64,000 bases of DNA from Eledone cirrhosa (Eukaryota), in NCBI GenBank assembly GCA_964016885.1, contig OZ024743.1, positions 74,152,001 through 74,216,000 of the forward strand, given 5' to 3'. The stretch's first letter is position 1, and each line of letters begins with the position of its first letter. The position numbers were made by a program, and so were the translations under genes. Below the pieces are notes generated by a model, which made no database searches, was not told where the DNA came from, and saw only the letters and a program-made list of their open reading frames with translations. Positions 42,148-54,584 of this stretch are shown here, one piece after another.

Positions 42148-42177
42148 CATGGAACTCTTTTAACCATCATTTGATCT

Positions 42178-42208
<31 letters not shown>

Positions 42209-42210
<2 letters not shown>

Positions 42211-44043
42211 CGATATTAAATAAATGGAAACTATATTTATAAAACCATATTTATTTCATTATACATATTTCAGGGATACCAAATTAAAATATGGTATGCC
42301 TTTATCAGACAAAATACAATATATAAACAGTTTTATAAATAATTTTGACGTACCCTATTAGATGCGACCATTATTTTTGGAAGCTGTCTGTATAGTGAGA
42401 TGTTTATAATTATTTTATTAGTTATAGTGTTAAGCACAGTTAGAAAAAAGACGGAGAGAAAGAACGGAGAGAAAGAAAAAACGGAGAGAGAGAAGGAGAT
42501 AGAAAAAGAAGGAGAGAGAGAAAAGGAAGATATATATAAATAGATAGGAGGAAATGAAAAAGAAAAAAGAAAGAAATAAGAAAGACAGAAAGACAAAAGA
42601 AAGCAACAGAGAGATAATAATTCATCATACAGATAGAGAAACTCAAGAGAGAGGTAGTACTATATAGAGAGAGGAGGATATAGTGACAACTTTACGTCAT
42701 GTCATATTAAGTTGAATTAACAATTCATATGAAATGAATAATACAAATGTAAATATCAATATTCATGAATGAGACATCGATATATAATATGAGAAAATAA
42801 CATTGTTCAATAATGACCATATGTTTAGTTTAAAACCTTGAGGTCAATATACCAAAATCTGAGTTAAAACCTTCAAAAATTACCCTATTTATAAAAATAC
42901 GGATACACATATGTATATATATATACAGGCATATGTACGTTCTGAAAAAAGAGAAAATTATGTCTACTCCAGTCAATAATATAGACATACAAATGATTTC
43001 ACTTGATCAGTTCTATACATTTCTTGTGTTATAAAAATTTCACAGTATGTATACATAAAAATACGATTAATATTCATGTCCTCACATACATGATTACCGT
43101 TCATGTATTTAATATTATGCATATCTGCACCACACATCAACATATACACACACAACCATACATACACATATGTATGTATAAATAAATATCTGCGTGAGTT
43201 TTCCAGCATCGTTATGCATATATACAGACATACATACGAACACATAAATAAACTCTATAAACCCTTTATATGCATGTTAATACACACAAATGGCCTTTGT
43301 ATAGAGATAATCAAATTTCAATATATTAACACAGAAATATCAAAGCATTAAATATCTTTAACACACTATAGAGTATCTCAAGTTAAAACAATATGTTTTA
43401 TATATTTGTTATAGAAATCTATCCTACCTATATCTCAAACAAGATATTGCAAGGGTAGACATATGAAAGTTATTAGAAGCTATCAGAGTCAAAAAACAAA
43501 TAAAAAAACAAAAATAAAAATAATTTAAAAGATTTAGAAGACCCAGTGATTCTACAGATGCCCTTATATTTAGTATAGAAATTTATCTTACGTAAATTTT
43601 ATTTAATACATTGGGAGCATATACATTTTAGAGTAGTTTATTATATCCTTGTTTATATTTAGGAAGAAAGTTTAAAAAGAAAAAAGGTGAAGGAATCTAA
43701 TGATTTATCGTCAGGTTTCATATATTAACTAAATTTCTTAATTAATTATACTACATTTTAAATTTTTTCTTTTTCTTTCTCTCCGTTTTTTCTCTCCGTC
43801 TTTTTTCTAACTGTGCTTAACACTATAACTAATAAAATAATTATAAACATCTCACTATCCAGACAGCTTCCCAAAATAATGGTCGCATCTAATAGGGTAC
43901 GTCAAAATTATTTATAAAACTGTTTATATATTGTATTTTGTCTGATGAAGGCATACCATATTTTAATTTGGTATCCCTGAAATATGTATAATGAAATAAA
44001 TATGGTTTTATAAATATAGTTTCCATTTATTTAATATCGTATA
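42209..44043. mobile_element. Inverted pair of ~275-bp HHR-bearing repeats (42209-42486 / 43775-44043)
   Basis: Arms are near-perfect reverse complements; HHRs at 42252-42316 (minus, core CTGATAA) and 43934-43998 (plus, intact). Confidence 0.8.
43934..43998 (+). ncRNA. Type I hammerhead ribozyme
   Basis: TATTTTGT-CTGATGA-AGGCATACCA-loop-TGGTATCCCT-GAAA-TATGTA-TA-ATGAAATA. Confidence 0.8.
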
Positions 44044-44156
44044 TCTACTCCAAAAACTTGTCGAGTGCTTTATATCAGTTATAAATATTTACTTGTTGTA
44101 TCCCAACAATTTTAAATAGAACTTTTGCATATATATATATATATATATATATATAC

Positions 44157-44278
<122 letters not shown>

Positions 44279-44602
44279 TACATATATATCTATATATATC
44301 TACAAGAATCAAAGCTATGTTCAAAGCATTTATTCACTTACAATTGTTTCATCCAAACCTACGCTCGAGGTCTTCGGAGCATTTTTCAATGTTTGTACAC
44401 ATAATTGACCTCCTTTCCAACGCAAGAGACATACATATACATATATATATATTGATGTACAGTAGAGTGACATATATTATACTATACTATTTTTTGTATA
44501 TATATATATATGCATAATATACCATTATTTATAATTATCCATTAATTCTATCGTGCAATGCCTGTGCGTGAAGATATATGTATATATACACACGCACCCA
44601 CA

Positions 44603-44653
<51 letters not shown>

Positions 44654-44677
44654 TGTATATATATATATATATATATA

Positions 44678-44754
<77 letters not shown>

Positions 44755-44878
44755 TTATATGTTGGTGCGTGTGTATATATACATATATCTTCACGCACAG
44801 GCATTGCACGATAGAATTAATGGATAATTATTAATAATGGTATATTATGCAATGTTCATACTCGATAACGAGGGGGCA

Positions 44879-44926
<48 letters not shown>

Positions 44927-45058
44927 GACGAAGGACTAATTTTATCATATGTAACCCATGTGCAACCACGCAGTATTCTTCTTTCTTCTCATGTTTTATA
45001 TATATATATAAATGGACATCTGAAAAACCCTGTCATTATAAATATATATACACCCCCC

Positions 45059-45108
<50 letters not shown>

Positions 45109-45297
45109 CCTGTTAGTTTTTTCGTTGCTCTGGTATTGTATGTTAGGTTTTGCCTACCACAATGGTCAATTTGTCAAGCTATTTAAACGTATGTTGTTAC
45201 TCTGAGGACCTACCCTTATTGAGTGCTTTGCTAACTCATTCATATTGTAGGTCGACTTTACTTGCCCACAGCCAAAGCTTCGATTTTACTAAGCTTC

Positions 45298-45372
<75 letters not shown>

Positions 45373-45597
45373 ATAATAATAAATTTGAAGACTAAAATCC
45401 AAAGAGGGCTCGATAAGGATAAATATATATAAAATATATAAGAACCGTAGAGCAAATATTTATTAAAATAACAGATTACAGTTTAAGCAAAGAATCGCTG
45501 ATTTGACCCTTAACGGGATCTTCTGAAACTCATTTCATTTCAGAAGATCCCGTTAAGGGTGAAAGCTGCGATTCTTTGCTTAAACTTTAATCTGTTA

Positions 45598-45640
<43 letters not shown>

Positions 45641-45643
<3 letters not shown>

Positions 45644-46380
45644 TAAACGGAATAGAAAATGCTGACAAATTGTTCACAGTTGAAAAATGGTTTAATTAGG
45701 AATAAAAGAGTATTAGTAATTGTATGGGTTAGTATTCAGTTGTGGTTTTAAGTTTTTAAGTTTTTACCGGTTGCGCATTTCTAAATGCTTTTCAAAAATA
45801 ATTTTGAGATAGAGTGTCCGTGTTGTTTGCTCTAATCTGATTAGTTTTAGGAATTCTACCTGTTTTTATGTTAAAAAAGTGGCTCCAGCGCTACTTTGGT
45901 GTTGCAAAAATTCTTGTGGTCAAAACTATTTTGATTGGTCGGTAGAGGTCATGTGAATGTAAAAAATTGATTTTGCGCCAAGGCTGTTTTTATGTTAAAA
46001 AAGTGGCTCCAGCGCTACTTTTTTAACATAAAAACAGTCTTGGCGCAAAATCAATTGTTTACATTCACATGACCTCTACCGACCAATCAAAATTGTTTTA
46101 ACCACAATAATTTTTGCAACACCAAAGTAGCGCTGGAGCCACTTTTTTAACATAAAAACAGGTAGAATTCCCAAAACTAATCAGATTAGAGCAAACAACA
46201 CGGACACTCTATCTCAAAATTATTTTTGAAAAGCATTTAGAAATGCGCAACCGGTAAAAACTTAAAAACTTAAAACCACAACTGAATACTAACCCATACA
46301 ATTACTAATACTCTTTTATTCCTAATTAAACCATTTTTCAACTGTGAACAATTTGTCAGCATTTTCTATTCCGTTTACCA
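45641..46380. repeat. ~740-bp near-perfect palindrome of the 17704-family repeat
   Basis: TGGTAAACGGAATAG... / ...CTATTCCGTTTACCA, centred on the hairpin AAAAAAGTGGC-TCCAGC-GCTACTTTTTT. Confidence 0.9.
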
Positions 46381-46416
46381 ATATATAATAACTTGTGTGT
46401 TACACCTCTATTCTTT

Positions 46417-46499
<83 letters not shown>

Positions 46500-47169
46500 G
46501 GGGGGGGGGGTATATATATTTATGATGACAGGGTTTTCAGATGTCCATTTATACATTTCTCTAGCAATTATTTGATCGATCTCACTTCGAGTAGGAGATA
46601 CATGTCACAGCTTTCTAACGGTGTTATTCGAAACCAGAATAGAATCAAGCTTCAAAATCAATTCAGTGTTAAAAACGATGAAAAGTCTATAGTTCTCTCG
46701 TTGTAAGTGAATCAGGAATGCACAATATTCAGTGTGATCTATGGACAGGCTAGAAACTTACAAATATATGCTACTGTTTTATATCCACTGATATTTTATT
46801 GACAGTTTAGGTATGATGGGAAATTTAACTTTAGCCCTTGACATCTCCATTACATAACATTTACACCTTTAAGTTCTATATCCATTGTGTATTGCCGTGA
46901 ATATAGTCAAGCAACATTTTAGAATTTTGTACAAGGTGTACAATATATTCAGAATTTCATATATCATTTTAAATAACACATGTTTCAAAGGCGTCCAAAG
47001 CAAAACTGTAAGTCACAATCTTCTAAAATTCAAGAATATTTCAATTTCGGCAATAGATAATACACTAACCATAAAGTAATCTACAGGTATTCATTATTTA
47101 TCATGAGATGTTGCTCCTTTTTAATAAGTCTGTTTACTGGGTTAAGGAGATCGGAATACACAGACATAC

Positions 47170-47200
<31 letters not shown>

Positions 47201-47227
47201 TATCAATATATATATATATATATATAT

Positions 47228-47812
47228 GAGGAGGCGGATTTTCAGGTCTTTACGAAGGTCCGACTTCCACACCGATCTCAAGCTGTGGCACGCCGCCCAC
47301 GTTTTTCTCTTCCTCTCAACCACATCATCTTCCGTATTCCCAATCTTTGCTCCCAAATACAGGAAGCCCTCAACCAATTCTAGCGGCTTCCCGCCTACAT
47401 TAGTGATCCCCTCTGGCTTCTCAACATTCTCTACCAGATATTTTGTTTTAGTCTCATTCATTCTCAGCCCCACACTCATCGACACAGTCTCAACCTCCCG
47501 CATCAAATCCTCTACCTCCTTCACTGTATTTGTCACCAAAACTATGTCGTCGGCAAATTGAGCATCTGATACCTTTTTCGCCTTAACTCTCCTGCTCTGA
47601 GCCGGTGCTACAGTAAAGCCAGAATCCTGGTGTTTCTCCAGTGCAAGGCGCATACAATAGTCCACTACGATGATAAAAAGGTAGGGAGCCAATGTATCTT
47701 CCTGGTACACTCCAGCTAGTATCTCAAAGAACTCTGTCATCCCATCAGGTGTAATGACTTGGGCTTTTGTCTTGGTGTAGAGCAGTGATATCAGGCCCAC
47801 TATCTTCTTGGG
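47228..47812 (-). mobile_element. RTE-like LINE reverse-transcriptase fragment (inverted 5' segment)
   Basis: ORF 47081-47800: FEILAGVYQEDTLAPYLFIIVVD, FADDIVL, GLRMNETKTK, FLYLGA, LKIRL. Confidence 0.9.
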
Positions 47813-48043
47813 AGACTGAGGTTAGCTGAACATGCTCACCGACATCCAGAGTTGACATTGCACTCAGTGCTCCTGTGGGAGCCCCTACATGGACACACTG
47901 GAAGAGGAAGACCAAGGTTAACGTATGTTGATGCCCTAAGGACAGACACTGGTCTGTTGGAGACGCAGGACATAGCAGCGATAATGAGGGACAGAGACCG
48001 CTGGAGAGAACTCGTCCATGGATCTCGGGAATTTTACCCGCCT
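47813..48043 (+). mobile_element. 3' end of the same RTE-like LINE
   Basis: RLRLAEHAHRHPE..VLLWEP.HG..GRGRPRLTYVD..MRDRDRWRELV, a typical RTE C-terminus. Confidence 0.85.
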
Positions 48044-49126
48044 TATATATATATATATATATGTACGCATATACGTATGTATGTATATGTTTATATATGT
48101 ATGTGTATATGAGCGTGAAAGAGAGATAGATAGATCATGTATTAATTCAAAGTGGCAACATGAGATTTTGGGATTATTTTCAATATATGAAGCCGCGTTT
48201 TTAAAATCAACATAAATGTTTCTACCGTAGAAATAAAGAAAATATTTACACCGCAGGTATTCATCTCTTTGTGAGCAGAAATATTTGGAAACAATCTGAC
48301 TAGTTTTTCATTGTTTGTGAACTTCATCAGAGAAAGGAGTGTCCTTTTTCTATCCACGGAAGGATTGACAGCTTATGACTATTTATAGCGCATGTTGGTC
48401 AGTTTAATATGTATAAGATTAATTTGCGTATAAATGAATAACAGGATATAGATTCAGAAACTTTTTATGATGTCGATGGTAATTAGAATGGGACGTGTGG
48501 TGATTTCTCTTCCCTGATGGACTTTCTTCTGCTATTCAAATCCAGGCACAACCAGACTTATTCTTTTATTTTCTCCTCACCCATCTAACATGTAAAACAT
48601 AAGAAAACAACTGTGTTGTTGCTTCAAAATAACGGGATATGCATAATTCGTTTCTTAGTTTACTACTTGGAAATCGAATCCTGTTTTTACAGGAGGACGA
48701 ATGAAAGAATAAACAAACTTCAGCAGTGACATAACGTCTAAAGATCGATTTAATACTAAAACGCATATAATATATATCAAAGTAGGAGTGGAAGTAATAT
48801 GGCGGCTTACCTCATAACACTGAGTTTGAGAATGATGAAGAAGTTGATATCTGGCTATAAATTACATTAGAAGCCACACATTGGAGTAGACAGTAGCGTC
48901 TATTAATTTATTCTAGTCTCCGGTAATTTCATATCTATTTGCTCCCTCAGCGACTGGAAACAACTGGTAATAATATTATCATTCTGACTATTTTTGTTTC
49001 TGCAACCATTTTAGTTTCTGACATTTGAAATTTATGATTTTTTTTCTCAAATTACTCTTTATCCGAAAACATATCTTTTATGGTTGCCTCCCGTTATCTA
49101 CGCTCATGTATAAGGACACACACACG

Positions 49127-49236
<110 letters not shown>

Positions 49237-49393
49237 CCCCCCACACACACACCCACACACACACTCACATACACACGCATACACACACAAACATATATAT
49301 GTATATATATATAACGGCGATGAATCAGTCTTGCGAGCTTTTTGATATGAAATCGTGTGTCGAAACAAATATTGTTATACCCTCCACAAGTAT

Positions 49394-49464
<71 letters not shown>

Positions 49465-49588
49465 TACAAATATTTATATATATATAAATACATATGAATA
49501 TATATATAAATATATATACAAATATATTTAAATACATATATACATGAATATATATACAAATATATATAAATACACACACATATATATA

Positions 49589-49635
<47 letters not shown>

Positions 49636-50613
49636 TGTATATATATATATATATATATGGCGCGTCTCATACTCGTGCCGCTAAAAATACCATTCGGTTT
49701 TATAGGACTAAAGTTAGCTCTACGTATGGAGCCGAGAATATCGGAGACAGGCAAACCATATTGTTTTAAATTAGTATTTTTCAACCTAGTTAACTTGGTC
49801 ATTTGCAATTAGAACACATGTATACTCATCCCTCTCATATATTCAATTATATTACACGGCTCGGATAGATTCCCTTCCTTGAGCTTTTTAATTGTAAAAG
49901 ACTATTTTGAGTTTCTAACTCAATCTATGATGTTCTCGACTCCATACGTAGAGCTAACTTTAGTCCCATAAAACCGGCTGCTATTTTTAGCGGCACGAGT
50001 ATGAGACGCGCTAGGTGCTGTAACATGTACGCTTACCAACACATAGTTCAGTCTTCTTAGATCTTTTGAAGTGAAGGGTACGAATTTCCTGGATACCCGC
50101 AGAATAGCTCAGGAATGGTAACTTTCACTTAATAATTGTTGCGAAACAGATTTAGATCTGTCCGGGTATCAACGGCGATTGCCCAATATAGGTTTGTTAC
50201 TTTTATTGATTTATTACTTTAAATAGAGACTATATTGGTTTAAATTAGTATTTTTCACCCTAGCTTACTTGGTCATTTGCAATTGGAACACATGTATACT
50301 TGTATTGGTGTTCATCCCTCTCATATATTCAATTATATTACACAGCTCGGATAGATTCCCTTCTTTGAGCTGTTTAATTGTAAAAGACTATTTTGAGTTT
50401 CTAACTCAACCTATGATATATATATACATATTGACAAAAGATCGGAGGTCTTTGTTTGCTTTTCCCATATTTGATATTATTAGGCTCTGAATCTGTTAAT
50501 TTTATTAACTCTTTCATAGAAACAAACTCAGTATAAGTTAGACACTCTGTATGTATGTATCTATACTTGTATCTATACTCGTGTAGAGATATGTTTACTC
50601 CTTCGTTTAATAT

Positions 50614-50801
50614 ATAATTGTTTCTACTTTTGGGACAAGGCCAGCAATTACTCCAGTGCATTACTGGTACTTTATTTTATCGACCCCGTAAGGATGAAAA
50701 GCAAAGTTGACCTCGGTGGGATTTGAAATCAGATCATAAAGGGCCGTAACTCTTTGCTGCAAAACATGGCGTCCGACCCTCTACCGATACTGCCAATCCA
50801 C
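50614..50801 (-). mobile_element. tRNA-derived SINE copy
   Basis: Same A box, body and tail as the other copies. Confidence 0.85.
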
Positions 50802-50999
50802 TAATCCATTATAGCAGAATGAACATTTGGCGAAATCGAACTAATTTCTAGTAGCACGTAGCCTGCTATCGTCCACTTTAGCACCCCCCCCTATCATCCT
50901 GTTGGTCACTTGTCACGTGACAGTCATTTCATTCGAAATTTTCCCTGACGACGACCGGCTGGGTATTCTTGTCTTGAATTTTATTTCTGGACAGAGAAA

Positions 51000-51077
51000 G
51001 TCTCCTGATGATTTGGGATTTCTCGCGATATTCTACTCTGAGTACCGTTATTTTCCTAATGAAACTACAGTAGAGAC
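51000..51077 (+). ncRNA. Type I hammerhead ribozyme
   Basis: GTCTC-CTGATGA-TTTGGGA...TCCTAAT-GAAA-CTACAG-TA-GAGAC; GUA triplet. Confidence 0.78.
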
Positions 51078-51290
51078 ATTAAAGTGAGTTTGCTTTTTCC
51101 ATATTTTATATATATATATATATTAAATGTAATCTGAGATTTTCGAATATCAATACTAATAATCGATTCGTTTGCAATTATGCAAACAGCCTCTTTTAAG
51201 CCATGTCAGTAGAATGAGCCCCTCATTCTTGCTCTTGTGTTGGCATGTAAACAGAACTGTAGACACTAATGTGTATATATATATATATAT

Positions 51291-52540
51291 TAACTCACAG
51301 TTGGGTGCGGATGCATTCATGTATATATGTGTGTGTCCGCATGTATCTGTGTGTTTCTAAATATATTAATAACTCCCTCTGGTCGAGCAATCTTTGAAGT
51401 GTGGGGACAACTGGAAAGCTTCCATTACTCATACTTCTCGCCTTCTTCACTACCTCTTCTACGGCCTCGATATGAATACCCCCTCCGCCTCCGTGGTATT
51501 TTCTTCGTGGTTATAAGAGGCTTAGCTCTGTTTCTCGACCGTTATATCGCGTGACTATCTCCCCCTCCGCCTTTTGGGATTCTTTCTCACGTCGTGTAGA
51601 CGCGTTCTTGAGACTAGTAAAATGAGGTATCCTCTTGATAAGTCGGCAGACCTCGCAAGGACTCTATATCTTTGATATATTGTTTTTGTTTATGCCACGA
51701 AACTACGTAGTCGAGGAATTTAGGAGCAGTTTAGGTATGATACATTTTATTACTAATTATATCTAAATGTTTCTTCTCTCTTCATAATGTATTTTTAACT
51801 CTGATACTGGTTCAGTCTAGTTCAACTGAATTGGTCTGTCCCAGTCATTCATTGAGCAACATCGGTGAAGTTGGCACCCTTAACTCACAGTTGGGTGCGG
51901 ATGCATTCATGTATATATGTGTGTGTCCGCATGTATCTGTGTGTTTCTAAATATATTAATAACTCCCTCTGGTCGAGCAATCTTTGAAGTGTGGGGACAA
52001 CTGGAAAGCTTCCATTACTCATACTTCTCGCCTTCTTCACTACCTCTTCTACGGCCTCGATATGAATACCCCCTCCGCCTCCGTGGTATTTTCTTCGTGG
52101 TTATAAGAGGCTTAGCTCTGTTTCTCGACCGTTATATCGCGTGACTATCTCCCCCTCCGCCTTTTGGGATTCTTTCTCACGTCGTGTAGACGCGTTCTTG
52201 AGACTAGTAAAATGAGGTATCCTCTTGATAAGTCGGCAGACCTCGCAAGGACTCTATATCTTTGATATATTGTTTTTGTTTATGCCACGAAACTACGTAG
52301 TCGAGGAATTTAGGAGCAGTTTAGGTATGATACATTTTATTACTAATTATATCTAAATGTTTCTTCTCTCTTCATAATGTATTTTTAACTCTGATACTGG
52401 TTCAGTCTAGTTCAACTGAATTGGTCTGTCCCAGTCATTCATTGAGCAACATCGGTGAAGTTGGCACCCTTAACTCACAGTTGGGTGCGGATGCATTCAT
52501 GTATATATGTGTGTGTCCGCATGTATCTGTGTGTTTCTAA

Positions 52541-52546
<6 letters not shown>
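51291..52546 (+). mobile_element. 590-bp tandem repeat (two full copies plus ~75 bp) with a variant HHR per full unit
   Basis: TAACTCACAGTTGGGTGCGG at 51291, 51881 and 52471; copies look identical; flanked by TA-rich tracts. Confidence 0.88.
51630..51717 (+). ncRNA. Type I hammerhead ribozyme, U3-A8 core variant (second copy 52220-52307)
   Basis: TCCTC-TTGATAA-GTCGGCA...TGCCAC-GAAA-CTACGTAG-TC-GAGGA; GUC triplet, palindromic stem III. Confidence 0.72.
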
Positions 52547-52583
<37 letters not shown>

Positions 52584-52687
52584 CATATATATATAAAACA
52601 AAATAAAATATATCGATATATCGATGTATTGACAGAGTGAAACACACTTCTACAACATGTGTACTTGTCTTTTCCACACCAATTCGG

Positions 52688-52742
52688 ACTACCTGAAGAG
52701 TTCACAGCCAATAATAGCTGTCACCGAAATATATATAGCAGT
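52688..52742 (+). ncRNA. Type I hammerhead ribozyme (paralogue of 18872-18926)
   Basis: ACTAC-CTGAAGA-GTTCACAGCCA-ATAA-TAGCTGTCACC-GAAA-TATATA-TA-GCAGT; downstream ~150 bp also homologous. Confidence 0.65.
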
Positions 52743-52890
52743 AAATTTATAATTCATAATAAACGAAGCCAAATTTTACATATTTGACTTATTTTATTTT
52801 ACATCACTCCGGTGTAAACAAACCAACCTGCGTACTTCGTCGAGAGCTCCATTCTGCATACTGAGGGGTCGGTAAACAACCAACATATAC

Positions 52891-52970
<80 letters not shown>

Positions 52971-53702
52971 TATATATATATGTATGCGTGTGTGTGTGTC
53001 ACTCGTGACACTATCTCATCAATTTTATTCGAGTGCTATTATTTCAGAAAACTTTGTAAGCGTACAGTTTAAAGTGTTATATCCAATAGAAGAATTTATG
53101 CATCCAACTACAATTGAAGAAACTACAACATGGGTCCGCCGCCATTACATGACAGCTGTCAATTGTACAAAGACCGATTCGATTACTTCCATTTATCAGA
53201 AGAATTGTTTTTAAAATATAGTAGCCACACGGGTATAAGGGGGTTAACAACACATCCGACCCATTATAAAACCCCTGTTTGTATTTAACTCATATGGAAG
53301 AAAATTCCTGAAAATGATTGTCAACGATTAAATATGTTAGCTATGAGACAGGACTTTAGGGCATAACTACAATTTATGCCCACTGTAACCCGCGTTAGGT
53401 TCGTTGTTTCTTTCTAAGCAAGACTTACTTTCATGAGATTTTACAAAAGGATTTAGCTGTTGGGATTTGAAATAACTGTAGACGTTGTTCAAGATGAGAA
53501 TTATATTTTAATAATTTATTTCTAGGAGATATAATTATATACATGTTCAACTTATATGTACAAATGACATACTGGTTTAAATGTATGAGTAACTTGGGAG
53601 AAATAACTATTTATAGGGATAACTTGAAGTACGGTGAGCAGGAGCATGTGATTTGAAAATGAACGCCTTATTGTAGCAAAATGACTGAGATAGCAAATAT
53701 AT

Positions 53703-54020
53703 TGTGTGTATATGTGTGTAAATAGTGCGTATATGTGTGTAAATAGTGTGTATATGTGTGTACATAGTGTGTATATATGTGTAAATAGTGTGTATATGTG
53801 TGTACATAGTGTATATATGTGTGTAAATAGTGTGTATATGTGTGTAAATAGTGTGTATATGTGTGTACATAGTGTATATATGTGTGTAAATAGTGTGTAT
53901 ATGTGTGTAAATAGTGTGTATATGTGTGTACATAGTGTGTATATATGTGTAAATAGTGTGTATATGTGTGTACATAGTGTATATATGTGTGTAAATAGTG
54001 TGTATATGTGTGTAAATAGT
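53703..54020. repeat. 21-bp minisatellite (GTGTATATGTGTGTA(A/C)ATAGT)n, ~15 copies
   Basis: Direct reading. Confidence 0.9.
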
Positions 54021-54584
54021 ACAGAGTTACATAGGGACAAATTTATAAATATACAAACACACATATAGCGTATTATGGTCGATATATACATATATATATA
54101 TCGATGGAATTAAACACATGTGCAGGTGTGCGTATATATGTGTGTATATGTGTATATGTGTGTGTGTGTTTAGCGTTTTGTCGCTTTCTATATTAATGTG
54201 TTCCAGTATTTATTAATGTGTACGTGTGTGTGCATGTGTATATGGGTGTGAGTTCTTTATTGAAATTGTGTAACTTTTATGTACAATTTTCTGTGAGCAT
54301 ACATACAGTTTGTGCATTTAGTTTATCGATTCATATGCCAGCGTGTTCCTATCATTGTGTGTTTGTGTATATATATATATGTGTGATAGTTTATATGTAT
54401 GTATAATAGTGTATATGTATGTGTGATTGTATGCATTTCTACATAGATATCCAGCAACGTGAGAAGCTATGCATGTTTATGCCTGTCTATATAAATCGTA
54501 AAGAATTACATATTTGCCTCCCACAAGGAAACTAAAACAACAGTAAGTAGCTAGATCAGCTGAAGTTATACCAAAAATGATACA

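Noticed and set aside
48450-49020. Further decayed PLE coding remnants (also ~5880-6720 and ~46550-47140)
   Set aside because: Only vague motif resemblance; a translated search would be needed
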